A stretch of DNA of 64,000 nucleotides, taken from positions 7,632 to 71,631 of the forward strand of contig JAJEHL010000039.1 of the NCBI GenBank assembly GCA_022823725.1, written 5' to 3'. The notes beneath the pieces were generated by a model that was given only the letters and a program-made list of their open reading frames with translations, was not told the origin of the DNA and did not search any database. The stretch is from Candidatus Latescibacterota bacterium. GTDB taxonomy: Bacteria; Latescibacterota; UBA2968. Below, piece by piece: positions 1 through 8,165 of this stretch (its first letter is position 1; the number at the start of each line of letters is the position of its first letter). A program made the translations under genes and the position numbers.

Positions 1-61
1 ACTGCTGGGCTAGTCTGATAACCTGCGGTTTTGGCATGTCGTTCTCGACACTTTTGGGTGA

Positions 62-301
62 TTCCTGTCTTTCCTTAGCCATTTCTACCTCCTGTCCAAA
101 TTTGGTCCCGGATCTACTCTATCGGAATATTACTGCCAGACGGGTCTTATCGCTAAAAATAAAAGAATGTCAGCGGCTTATGTCAACGCTCTTTCGGCAG
201 ACACTGCGCTTCGGTTGGTGCGTTACTTTGGAACCACAGATCAATTCTGGCTCAATCTGCATACGCGCTATAATTTAGATTTGGAGAAATCGCCTCGGTG
301 A
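62..301 (+). pseudogene. HigA-like XRE-family antitoxin, C-terminal region (remnant or start-less copy at window edge)
   Basis: Frame-2 translation ...KFGPGSTLSEYY...LSADTALRLVRYFGTTDQFWLNLHTRYNLDLEK ends at TGA 299-301. It matches the conserved HigA C-terminal motif (ALRL..FGTs.eFWLNLQ..YDL). The frame opens only after an in-frame TGA at 59-61 and has no ATG/GTG/TTG before the HTH region, so the gene is truncated, frameshifted or uses an unusual start. Confidence 0.35.
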
Positions 302-623
302 GCGATTGGAGGCAGAGGTGTGGGTTTTAGCGTGATGTGTTGACAGACATCCAATGACAGCAAATTGAGAACAACCTGCTCGAGCGGATGCGGGTGCCCC
401 AGACCTTTGGGAGCGCGTCAGAAAGATCCAGCGAGAGATCAACCCGTAATTCTCGAGCTGCTTACTCATCAGCCTCAGACTGCTCTCGACCACCTCATTC
501 ACATCCATCGCTTGGCGCGGCTCCTCGGACACATCACGGGAGAATACGCGCAAGTGATCGACCGTACCCGCCATCCTATCGGCCCACCCCGAACATCCTC
601 CATCAACTGTCTGTAAATCCCAT

Positions 624-2216
624 TCATACACCCGGACCTTTGACAAACATCCCTGGAGTCGCACCTGTGTGTTCGCCATTTTTGAGGACGTGGATGCCAT
701 TGACGAAGACGTCGCGGATGCCGGTAGAGAGTTGGTGGGAGTCGTCGAATGTCGAGCGGTCGGCGACGGTGTCGGGGGCAAAGACGACGACATCGGCCCA
801 GCAGTTGGGCTGGAGTCGCCCGCGGTCCCACAGTGAGAGGCGATTGGCGACCGAGGAGGTCATTTTGCGGATGGCTTCTTCGAGTGGCATGAGCTTTTCG
901 TCGCGGACATAGCGACCGAGGACGCGGGGATAGGTTCCGTACGACCGGGGGTGGAGCGGTCCCTCAGCAGCCGCCCATTCTGGATCGACGCCGCCCGCAT
1001 CTGTGGAGACTTTGATCCAGGGGAGTTGGAGTTGGAGACGGACGTTGTCTTCGGATATGGTGTGGTAGATGGTGAAGATGCGCTGGTTTTCCGATAGCAG
1101 GAGGTCGATGGTGGCTTCTATCCAGTCCTGGCCGCGCATCTCGGCAATTTCAGAAAGGCGCTTGCCGATGTACTGCTGATTTTCGGATTTTTTAAATCCG
1201 ACCGGAGCGATTCGGTCGGGGCGACGGGGAATCTCGCCCTGGCGGTTTCTGACTTCGGAGACGATTTTCGCGCGGGTGTCGGGATCGCGCAGGTTGGCGA
1301 AGAATTTGCCGTCTGCGGCCACCCAGGTGGGCAGGACAGTAGATAGGCCAGTGCCGCTGGCGGTGTAGGGGTACATATCGGCGGTGATGTCGAGGCCCTC
1401 GGCGCGTACTTGATTTATGCGCGCAATGACCTGGTGCATCTTGGGATAGTTGCGCTCGGGGACGGCTTTGAGGTGGTAGATTTCGACCGGGATGTTGGCG
1501 CGCTGTCCGATTTCGATGGCTTCGTCCAGGGCTTCGAGAAGTTTGTCGGCTTCGGACCGGATGTGGGTGATGTAGATGCCGCCAAATCTCGCCACTGTTT
1601 TGCAGATTTCGACGATTTCGTCTGTAGTGGTATATGTATCCGGTGGATAGATGAGGGCGTAGGAGGGACCGAAGGCGCCATCTTCCATGGATTCGGCCAT
1701 GATGCGGTGCATGGTTTTCATTTCGTCGGGGGTTGGCTCACCCATCCGCATGCCCATTGCGTGCGCGCGCAGGGTGCCCGCACCCAGGAAGGAGCCGACG
1801 TTGGGCGAGACACCGGCTTCGATCATGGCGTCGAGCCAGTTGCCAAAGCGATGCCAGCCCTGCGCCCGTTCCCGCCAGTTTTTGGGGAGAGATCGCGAGA
1901 GGTTATTGGAGCCGCCGACAGGTGCGGGGGTCCACGCTTCGCCCATGATTTCGGTCGTGATGCCCTGTGTGATTTTGGAGAGGCATCGGCCATCGCGCAT
2001 GAGTGGGACGATGGAGTGGCTCTGGATGTCGATGAAGCCGGGACAGACGATGTGACCGGAGGCATTGACGATTTCACCGATGTTATCGCGGGGGATGGTT
2101 CCCGGTGGCTCGATGGCGGATATTTTGCCGTTTTGTAGAGCGACATCGCCGTAGTGCCAGGGGTTGCCAGTGCCGTCAATGATCCTGCCTGAGTGAATAA
2201 GGGTAGTGATTGGCAT
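624..2216 (-). CDS. N-acyl-D-amino-acid deacylase (D-aminoacylase) family amidohydrolase
   Basis: The ORF reads MPITTLIHSGRIIDGTGNPWHYGDVALQNGKISAI...CPGFIDIQSHS..., typical of the D-aminoacylase/metal-dependent amidohydrolase family. The start is set at the internal ATG (2216) preceded by AAGGGA; the track ORF extends to 2366 and overlaps the upstream gene. Confidence 0.75.
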   Translation of the reverse strand: MPITTLIHSGRIIDGTGNPWHYGDVALQNGKISAIEPPGTIPRDNIGEIVNASGHIVCPGFIDIQSHSIVPLMRDGRCLSKITQGITTEIMGEAWTPAPVGGSNNLSRSLPKNWRERAQGWHRFGNWLDAMIEAGVSPNVGSFLGAGTLRAHAMGMRMGEPTPDEMKTMHRIMAESMEDGAFGPSYALIYPPDTYTTTDEIVEICKTVARFGGIYITHIRSEADKLLEALDEAIEIGQRANIPVEIYHLKAVPERNYPKMHQVIARINQVRAEGLDITADMYPYTASGTGLSTVLPTWVAADGKFFANLRDPDTRAKIVSEVRNRQGEIPRRPDRIAPVGFKKSENQQYIGKRLSEIAEMRGQDWIEATIDLLLSENQRIFTIYHTISEDNVRLQLQLPWIKVSTDAGGVDPEWAAAEGPLHPRSYGTYPRVLGRYVRDEKLMPLEEAIRKMTSSVANRLSLWDRGRLQPNCWADVVVFAPDTVADRSTFDDSHQLSTGIRDVFVNGIHVLKNGEHTGATPGMFVKGPGV

Positions 2217-2238
2217 GGGAGTCCCTTTCGTTTTTTTA

Positions 2239-3795
2239 TTAAAAGTCTGCGCCGAAGTTTTGGACAAAGATGAGGAAATCAGAGAAGGTAACGCGCAGGT
2301 CACCGTCGAGGTCAAAGGTGGGGTCAAAGCCAACGTCGCCTGCGGTTTTGCCAAAGCCCGAGACAAAGGCGAGGAAGTCTGAGAAGCCTATTTCACTGTC
2401 GCCATCAAAGTCTGATGTTGCGGGACCAGAAGCGAGTTCAGATACGGAGAGGGTGTAACCGATTGCTGTGCCAGATGTGGAGGTGATGGCGAGGCTTCGG
2501 GCAATATTGCCCGATGTGTGTATGCGTTTTGTCTGTGAGGCTGGGATGGGAATTGGCGCGGCAAAGGGTTGATTCCCTTCGGCAATGAGTGTGACGAGAA
2601 GGTCGTTGTCACCTGTGGATTGAATTGTGAAGGCGAGGTCGGGTGTTTTGCCCAGACCGAGATAGTCTATGCCCCAGCGCGTGGCGCGTCGCGTGAGATT
2701 GTTGGTCGGGACGGTGAGGATTTCGCGCTTTACCGGGGGCAGGTCAATGGCGCGATAGCCGAGGTCTCCCTCACCGTCGAGGTACATGGCTGCGGCCCAT
2801 TGCCCAAAGAGGTGATCAAAGCGTTCGGGCATGTTGAGCGATTGGAGAATATTGTCGATGCTCGCTATGCTGCTGTCTGGATCTGCGACGAGTTTGCGGA
2901 GTGCGCTGTCGCCATAGCGCTGTGCGAAATACGTCATATATAGATATGTCTGGTCAAAATCAAAAAACTGATCTTCCCAATAGGTGAGGTCTGTATTGGC
3001 CGCGAGCGAGAGAAAATTTTCAGTAGCGGCTGCTGTAGTGTCTTTGTATCCACAGGCGAGTTCGGCGTATTCCGAGCACCCTTCGTCGAGCCATTTGGCT
3101 TCGTCGGAATCGGCTTTCCAGTGGATCAGGTGCTGAAATTCGTGGGCGAGTGTGGCGCGTGCGAGGTTGCTGTCAATGTCAAGGGGACGGGCGTCGATAT
3201 AAATGATTTCGCGCGAGACGGGCGGGGCTTCGTTGTCGGTATCGATATAACCGATAAATGTGATGCCCGTGATTGGACTGTCGAGCACGTCGAGTACGAG
3301 GATGAGTATGCGGGGATCGGCATCGACATCTGGGGGATCGCCAAAGAGGTTGGTGACAGTCTCGTAAATGCCGAGGTCGGGATGACGTGCGGTGGATTGA
3401 TCAAACGCGCGTGCCAGGGATTCAATACCCGCTTGTGTTACGCGCGGGGTGTTCCACATGTCATCTTCTACAAAAATATAACAGTGGTCGCCCACATAGC
3501 GACAGGTTGTTGTGGTGTGGTATTTTCCGCCGCCAACGAGTTGGAAACTGTATGCGGGCAGCGTGAGTGTATCGCCAACGCGGAATGGCGTGGAGAAGGG
3601 AATTTTGGTCGCGGGGCGATAGGGTGTGGTTTGGCGTGGAATCAGGTGGGTTCCGCTTTGGGGGATGGGTTGGGCGTGGACGGAAAACCATCCGCAGAGG
3701 AACGCAGATGAGCACAGATAAATGCAAAAAGATCGCAATCCGGCTGTTATATTCGCGAAGAGGAGATCGCATTTGCGAATTGTTGGCGGAGACAT
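2239..3795 (-). CDS. secreted HExxH zinc metallopeptidase with C-terminal dockerin-like (EF-hand) repeat pair
   Basis: There is an N-terminal signal peptide (LRSFCIYLCSSAFLCGWFSVHAQP) and a LAHEFQHLIHW zincin motif. The C-terminus carries two repeats, DFDGDSEIGFSDFLAFVSGFG and DLDGDLRVTFSDFLIFVQNFG, with a DxDGDxxIxFxDF calcium-binding dockerin type-I-like pattern. Confidence 0.6.
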   Translation of the reverse strand: MSPPTIRKCDLLFANITAGLRSFCIYLCSSAFLCGWFSVHAQPIPQSGTHLIPRQTTPYRPATKIPFSTPFRVGDTLTLPAYSFQLVGGGKYHTTTTCRYVGDHCYIFVEDDMWNTPRVTQAGIESLARAFDQSTARHPDLGIYETVTNLFGDPPDVDADPRILILVLDVLDSPITGITFIGYIDTDNEAPPVSREIIYIDARPLDIDSNLARATLAHEFQHLIHWKADSDEAKWLDEGCSEYAELACGYKDTTAAATENFLSLAANTDLTYWEDQFFDFDQTYLYMTYFAQRYGDSALRKLVADPDSSIASIDNILQSLNMPERFDHLFGQWAAAMYLDGEGDLGYRAIDLPPVKREILTVPTNNLTRRATRWGIDYLGLGKTPDLAFTIQSTGDNDLLVTLIAEGNQPFAAPIPIPASQTKRIHTSGNIARSLAITSTSGTAIGYTLSVSELASGPATSDFDGDSEIGFSDFLAFVSGFGKTAGDVGFDPTFDLDGDLRVTFSDFLIFVQNFGADF

Positions 3796-3797
3796 TG

Positions 3798-4421
3798 TTA
3801 AAATCGGACTGAGAGTCGCACCTGTAAGTCCCCAGAGGTATTGGGGGAAACAGTTGCAATGGGACGGGTTTTGGCGGCGATGTTGGCGGCATTTAACGCG
3901 CTGGCAAAGCGATTGAAGATGAGTGCGCCCACAAAGAGAAAGCTGCGTGTGCGTGCCCAGGTGGCTTTGCTTCGCAGTTCTCGGAAGTGTTCACGGGAAG
4001 CCGGTGAGTCCCACTCCCAAAAGTTTTCGGGTGTTTCTGGTAGTGGGTTGCCCGATGAGCCTTCGACATATATCAATCGGGCGTTGTAGTCGTAGATGCT
4101 GTTGTAACTGGATAGGCGGTCGTAATGGGAGTTGGGTTTTTTGACGTTGGTTGCGCCAGCGCGTGCCGCGGCATAAGCGCGGAAGGTATTTTCTCGCGTG
4201 GTGTTGAGTTTTTGAAATGCAAATAATCCCGTCCAGAACATGCCTTCGGTAAATAGGAAAAATTTCGCAGATTTTCGCCCGCCCGCATATCGCTCGCCCA
4301 GGCCGGGTAAGAGGATCGATAAAAAGGCAGCTTTTTTTGGTGATTTCGCTTCTTGTGCAAATGCGGCAGACGGAGCGAGCAAACAGGCACAGACGATCAG
4401 GATTTGGGATGGTGTTTTCAT
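3798..4421 (-). CDS. secreted hypothetical protein (paralog A of tandem pair; conserved LLPGLGE-YAG motif)
   Basis: Signal peptide ILIVCACLLAPSAAFAQ. Shares AAFLSILLPGLGERYAGG / AFFLSLLVPGLGELYAGA, a FRAYA..R.. block and a C-terminal ...R.SV(E)L..RF with the neighbouring gene. Sits in the operon 3 nt from the upstream gene. Confidence 0.5.
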   Translation of the reverse strand: MKTPSQILIVCACLLAPSAAFAQEAKSPKKAAFLSILLPGLGERYAGGRKSAKFFLFTEGMFWTGLFAFQKLNTTRENTFRAYAAARAGATNVKKPNSHYDRLSSYNSIYDYNARLIYVEGSSGNPLPETPENFWEWDSPASREHFRELRSKATWARTRSFLFVGALIFNRFASALNAANIAAKTRPIATVSPNTSGDLQVRLSVRF

Positions 4422-4425
4422 GATG

Positions 4426-5097
4426 CTAAAATCTCGTTTTCAATTCAACCATGGACCGTCCATGACTATCGACAGGCGTGATGTCGATCCACAAGCTCGG
4501 ACCGGTCTTTTTTTGGCGTGTGCGCGTATAGGCCGAGGCGTGTATGGCACTGGCAATGTGGTTGAGTACTGCCAGACCTGTGACAACAGACGCGCGTTTG
4601 AGGTATTTGTTGCTGTCGTTGCGACGGGTTTCATAGTCCAGTCTGCGTGACGATGGCACGTTCTTATTGTCGGTGGAAAAGTCAGCCGTCACATCGTCCC
4701 AGCCATAGACAAATTGATGATATTTGCCAATGAGTTCGTAATACTGTTGCGTGTCGTTGCTTTTGGAAGGCAGGTCGTGGGTTTCGTAATACGGCTCGGG
4801 CTGAGTTTTGTTCCATTCCCGCCAGGCGGTGTACTGTGCTTCCTGCCAATGCCGATCGGCATATGCCCGAAATTCTTCCTTAATGTCATTGCCTTTGCTC
4901 CGCCATGAAACATAAGCGGTCCATGTGAGGGCTTCTGCACCTATAAATCCGACTGCGCGCATTTTGGCTCCGGCATATAATTCACCCAGACCCGGTACAA
5001 GTAGTGAGAGAAAGAAGGCCGTTTTAGGCGATTTTTCCGCAGCGACCTGTCCGCACATGAGCGCGAAAGCAAGCGTGCAGAGTGTGAATGTTCGCAT
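4426..5097 (-). CDS. secreted hypothetical protein (paralog B of tandem pair)
   Basis: Signal peptide TLCTLAFALMCGQVAAE. Same conserved blocks as 3798-4421 and the same C-terminal ...ELKTRF end, giving an aromatic terminus like outer-membrane proteins. Confidence 0.5.
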   Translation of the reverse strand: MRTFTLCTLAFALMCGQVAAEKSPKTAFFLSLLVPGLGELYAGAKMRAVGFIGAEALTWTAYVSWRSKGNDIKEEFRAYADRHWQEAQYTAWREWNKTQPEPYYETHDLPSKSNDTQQYYELIGKYHQFVYGWDDVTADFSTDNKNVPSSRRLDYETRRNDSNKYLKRASVVTGLAVLNHIASAIHASAYTRTRQKKTGPSLWIDITPVDSHGRSMVELKTRF

Positions 5098-5111
5098 GGG
5101 AATTCCTTTGG

Positions 5112-8100
5112 CTAAAAGTTGACTTTCCCAACATCCGTAACAAATCCAAATAATAATGTAAAATATACTTTAAAACCACTTTGTTCAAGTGGATCGCCAG
5201 CCCGTTGCAAAGGCACATGGTCGAAACCGTAGGCCACGTCGAGGCTGGCACGTGTGGGAAAAAGATAAAACGAGGTGGCGTCGTAGCGCAATTGCGTGCC
5301 CAGTTCGCGTTTCCATCCGCGTTTGAGTATCGCGTCGTCGGGTGTGCCATCCCAGGCGCGGGCGATTCCGGCAAAGAACGCGCCGTAGAGTTGATCGGAG
5401 TAGATTGGGCCTGTTTGTCGATCGATGCGCGACCATAAGGGAAAGCGATAAGCCGACCGCAACATCAGGGCGCGGCGACCTTCCAGGCTATAAAACGTAT
5501 ATCCTTTCATACCGGGCAAGCCCCCGAGAAAGAAGTCAAAGGTGTCGTCAACTTCGCTGTCGATCACGCCGCCAAAAAAGCGGAAACTCAGGGCACTGCG
5601 GCCGGGAGCGACCGGGATAAATTCGTTCCAGTCGAGGGAGAGTTGGTTGTAGAAATAGCGGTCGTAGGTTTCGACGATTAGCGAGGAATTTTCCTCAAAG
5701 CCGCTGATGAACCAGTTGAAATAGCGATCGTATCGCAGCGCGAGATGGCGTCCGGATCGGGGATTGATTTCCGAGTCTCGGGATCGACCTATGGCATTGA
5801 GGCGATAGGTGAGGGCGAGGTCAAATCCGTTGAGGGTGGTGGCGGCCACTATGTCGCGATTGAGGCCGTTGAATCGCGCTTGATCCAGGACTGCACCCGT
5901 GCGATTGTACACGAGGCGCGCGTCGATCGTACCGCCGCGTCTCAGGGTGTATTTGCCGCCTATTTCAATGCCCGTGAGCGCAAAGGTGCGGTTGTAGATG
6001 CGAAAGTCTTCGTCACGGCTGATTACATCTTCTTCAACGTGGCGCGATAGACGATAGGCTTCGAGAAAAAAGGTGGGGCGTTTTTTGCGGTATTCGTAAA
6101 GCGCGTACAGGTCCATATCCAGATCGTGGGCAAGCAGACCACTGATAAAAAAGGTTTGTTTTCGCAAGACGTCGTCGGATCCCGCTATGGCGCCGAGTTT
6201 GATTTTGCCGCTGTCAATTGCCAGACGCGGAAGTATGGTGGTGGATGAAAATTCGTTTTTGTATGGGCGGCTCGATATCGCGGGTTTGGGCGGTGTGGGG
6301 ACGAAGGGTTCGACTCGAAAAATGCTGGTCTCTACGGACTCTTTTAATGGCTGAGAGATAACGCGAATTTCGTAGGCGTTTTTGCCGTAGTGGCTATATG
6401 CGATGCGATGGCCATCTGGATGCACCTGGGGTTGAAATGCGCCGCCGTACACGCGGGTGAGGCGGTCTATTGCGCCGTTGGATAGATTGGCGCGATAGAG
6501 GTTGAAGATGCCGTCGTGGTCAGAGGCAAATACGAGGGATGAGCCATCGGGTGTCCAGCACGGATCGCGGTCGGTTTCGCGGGAGGCGATGCGCACTGTG
6601 TAGTCACCGCCTGTTGCGGGAATGGTGGCGATGTCCCGCGAGGTGCCGCTTTGGTAGAGCGAGAATGCGATTTGCGATCCATCGGGAGACCAACGCGGAG
6701 TGGCGACCTGTGAGCCATCGTCGAAAGATGTGAGATATCGAATAGTGTCTGCCGCGATGTCGAGGATACAAAGATTGGTGCTGCCCCCGCCGTTTTTGAT
6801 AAACGCTATTTGCGCTCCGTCTGGCGAATAGGCCGGGTGGATGCCGCGCAAGCCAGTGCTGAGGCGCGTTTCGCCCGGGAAAGTGGCTTGTGCGAGACCA
6901 ATTTTAGTTTTGACATTTTGAAATAGGCTCGATTTGACGGCTTTGGTTTCCATGGCGTAGAGGTCCCATTGCCGCGCACCGTATTTATTGGGCTGGCTGT
7001 GGCGCGCGTAGAGGAGTTGCTCGCCATCAGTTGACCAGTCAAAGGCCGTGACCGCGCTGGGAGCGGCGATTTCTACGCTGCTGTCGGCGAGGGTATAGAC
7101 CATCAAACTCGTGCGCCCATAATCGCTACCTTTATTGGAGAGGTAGGCGAGTTTTGTTCCATCGGGAGACCAGCGAGGGTGTAGATTGAGGTAGCCGTCT
7201 TCGCGGATGAGGTCGCCCTGTGCGGGACTGATTTCGATCTGTGCGATTTGATCCGCATAGCGTTTTTTGAGCGATGCGACCCAGCGCTCGTGCAATTCGC
7301 TTGCAGAGATGCCCAGGGTGGCGCGGATTGCGCCGCCAAAATCCGTGCGCCACCAGACTTTCATTTGCCGATACAATTCGGGGAGTTTGTCGCGCCCAAA
7401 AGTATCGACAATAAAGAGGGAGAGCGAGTAGCCGTGGTCGTACACTTTTTCAAATCCGAGACCTGTTTTGGCGCCAAAGACGGACATTTCGTCGCGGGTG
7501 AGTAAGCTTCCATTGCGCGTGGCCTGGCGCAAAACCATATCGCGGTGTGAGTCCCAGCGGTCGTGTTGTGCGCCCGGTGCCATGTATTGCGCCGTGCCTT
7601 CGGCAAACCAGGGCGGGATGATGGTGGCGGGAATGGCATAAGCGGCAAGGACATTGGGATAGCCAGCGAGGATGTCGTCGCGTTTGCCTTCGCCCTGATA
7701 TTGCAGGTAGTTGAGGAAGATGGCGGGGATGCGCCGCGAGGATTTTCGAGCGATTTGGAGCGAGATGATGTGCGTCAATTCGTGCGTTATCACGTTTGGA
7801 AGCCAATCTGTACTGCCGCGCAGTGCAAAGTCGAGGTTGGAGACCCAGATTTCGATGGTGTTGTGGTAATAATACGCTGCGCCATTGGCATAGTCTTCGG
7901 TGTCTTTGAGAATGATGCGGACTTTGCTATCGGGTTCAAAATTGTAAAAGGACGCGATCGGGCTGTACGCGTCTTCGGCGATTTGGGCAGCACGCGGAGC
8001 CAGCTTTTCCAGTCCCTGATGGTAATAGACTTTGAAGTGCTCGGTTTCAATGACGCGCCAGTTCAGTTCGGGGTGATTGGCGTCAAATTGCGCGAGGGCC

Positions 8101-8153
8101 TGTGTACTCAGGGTCAGGAGGATGAGGATCGTTTGTGTGAATTTGTAAGACAT
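5112..8153 (-). CDS. outer-membrane Omp85/BamA-type beta-barrel protein with N-terminal HExxH peptidase-like domain and TolB-like PD40 beta-propeller (no recognisable POTRA)
   Basis: Signal peptide (ILILLTLSTQALAQ), followed by the motif VITHELTHIIS. At least five PD40-type repeats are present (PRWSPDGTKLAYLS, PAYSPDGAQIAFIK, PRWSPDGSQIAFSL, PCWTPDGSSLVFAS, PQVHPDGHRIAYSH). The C-terminal roughly 350 aa carry Omp85 motifs (FLGGLPGMKGYTFYSLEGRRALMLRSAYRFPL) and the protein ends ...GKVNF with a terminal Phe. Confidence 0.65.
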   Translation of the reverse strand: MSYKFTQTILILLTLSTQALAQFDANHPELNWRVIETEHFKVYYHQGLEKLAPRAAQIAEDAYSPIASFYNFEPDSKVRIILKDTEDYANGAAYYYHNTIEIWVSNLDFALRGSTDWLPNVITHELTHIISLQIARKSSRRIPAIFLNYLQYQGEGKRDDILAGYPNVLAAYAIPATIIPPWFAEGTAQYMAPGAQHDRWDSHRDMVLRQATRNGSLLTRDEMSVFGAKTGLGFEKVYDHGYSLSLFIVDTFGRDKLPELYRQMKVWWRTDFGGAIRATLGISASELHERWVASLKKRYADQIAQIEISPAQGDLIREDGYLNLHPRWSPDGTKLAYLSNKGSDYGRTSLMVYTLADSSVEIAAPSAVTAFDWSTDGEQLLYARHSQPNKYGARQWDLYAMETKAVKSSLFQNVKTKIGLAQATFPGETRLSTGLRGIHPAYSPDGAQIAFIKNGGGSTNLCILDIAADTIRYLTSFDDGSQVATPRWSPDGSQIAFSLYQSGTSRDIATIPATGGDYTVRIASRETDRDPCWTPDGSSLVFASDHDGIFNLYRANLSNGAIDRLTRVYGGAFQPQVHPDGHRIAYSHYGKNAYEIRVISQPLKESVETSIFRVEPFVPTPPKPAISSRPYKNEFSSTTILPRLAIDSGKIKLGAIAGSDDVLRKQTFFISGLLAHDLDMDLYALYEYRKKRPTFFLEAYRLSRHVEEDVISRDEDFRIYNRTFALTGIEIGGKYTLRRGGTIDARLVYNRTGAVLDQARFNGLNRDIVAATTLNGFDLALTYRLNAIGRSRDSEINPRSGRHLALRYDRYFNWFISGFEENSSLIVETYDRYFYNQLSLDWNEFIPVAPGRSALSFRFFGGVIDSEVDDTFDFFLGGLPGMKGYTFYSLEGRRALMLRSAYRFPLWSRIDRQTGPIYSDQLYGAFFAGIARAWDGTPDDAILKRGWKRELGTQLRYDATSFYLFPTRASLDVAYGFDHVPLQRAGDPLEQSGFKVYFTLLFGFVTDVGKVNF

Positions 8154-8165
8154 AGTGTTAATGGT

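Noticed and set aside
365-912. plus-strand ORFs 365-616 and 388-912
   Set aside because: They overlap the 3' end of the amidohydrolase gene and have a Pro/Arg/Ser-rich biased composition, likely non-coding. The 302-623 interval is instead noted as gene debris.
1410-2138. 242-aa plus-strand ORF
   Set aside because: It lies inside and antisense to the D-aminoacylase gene, with no motifs.
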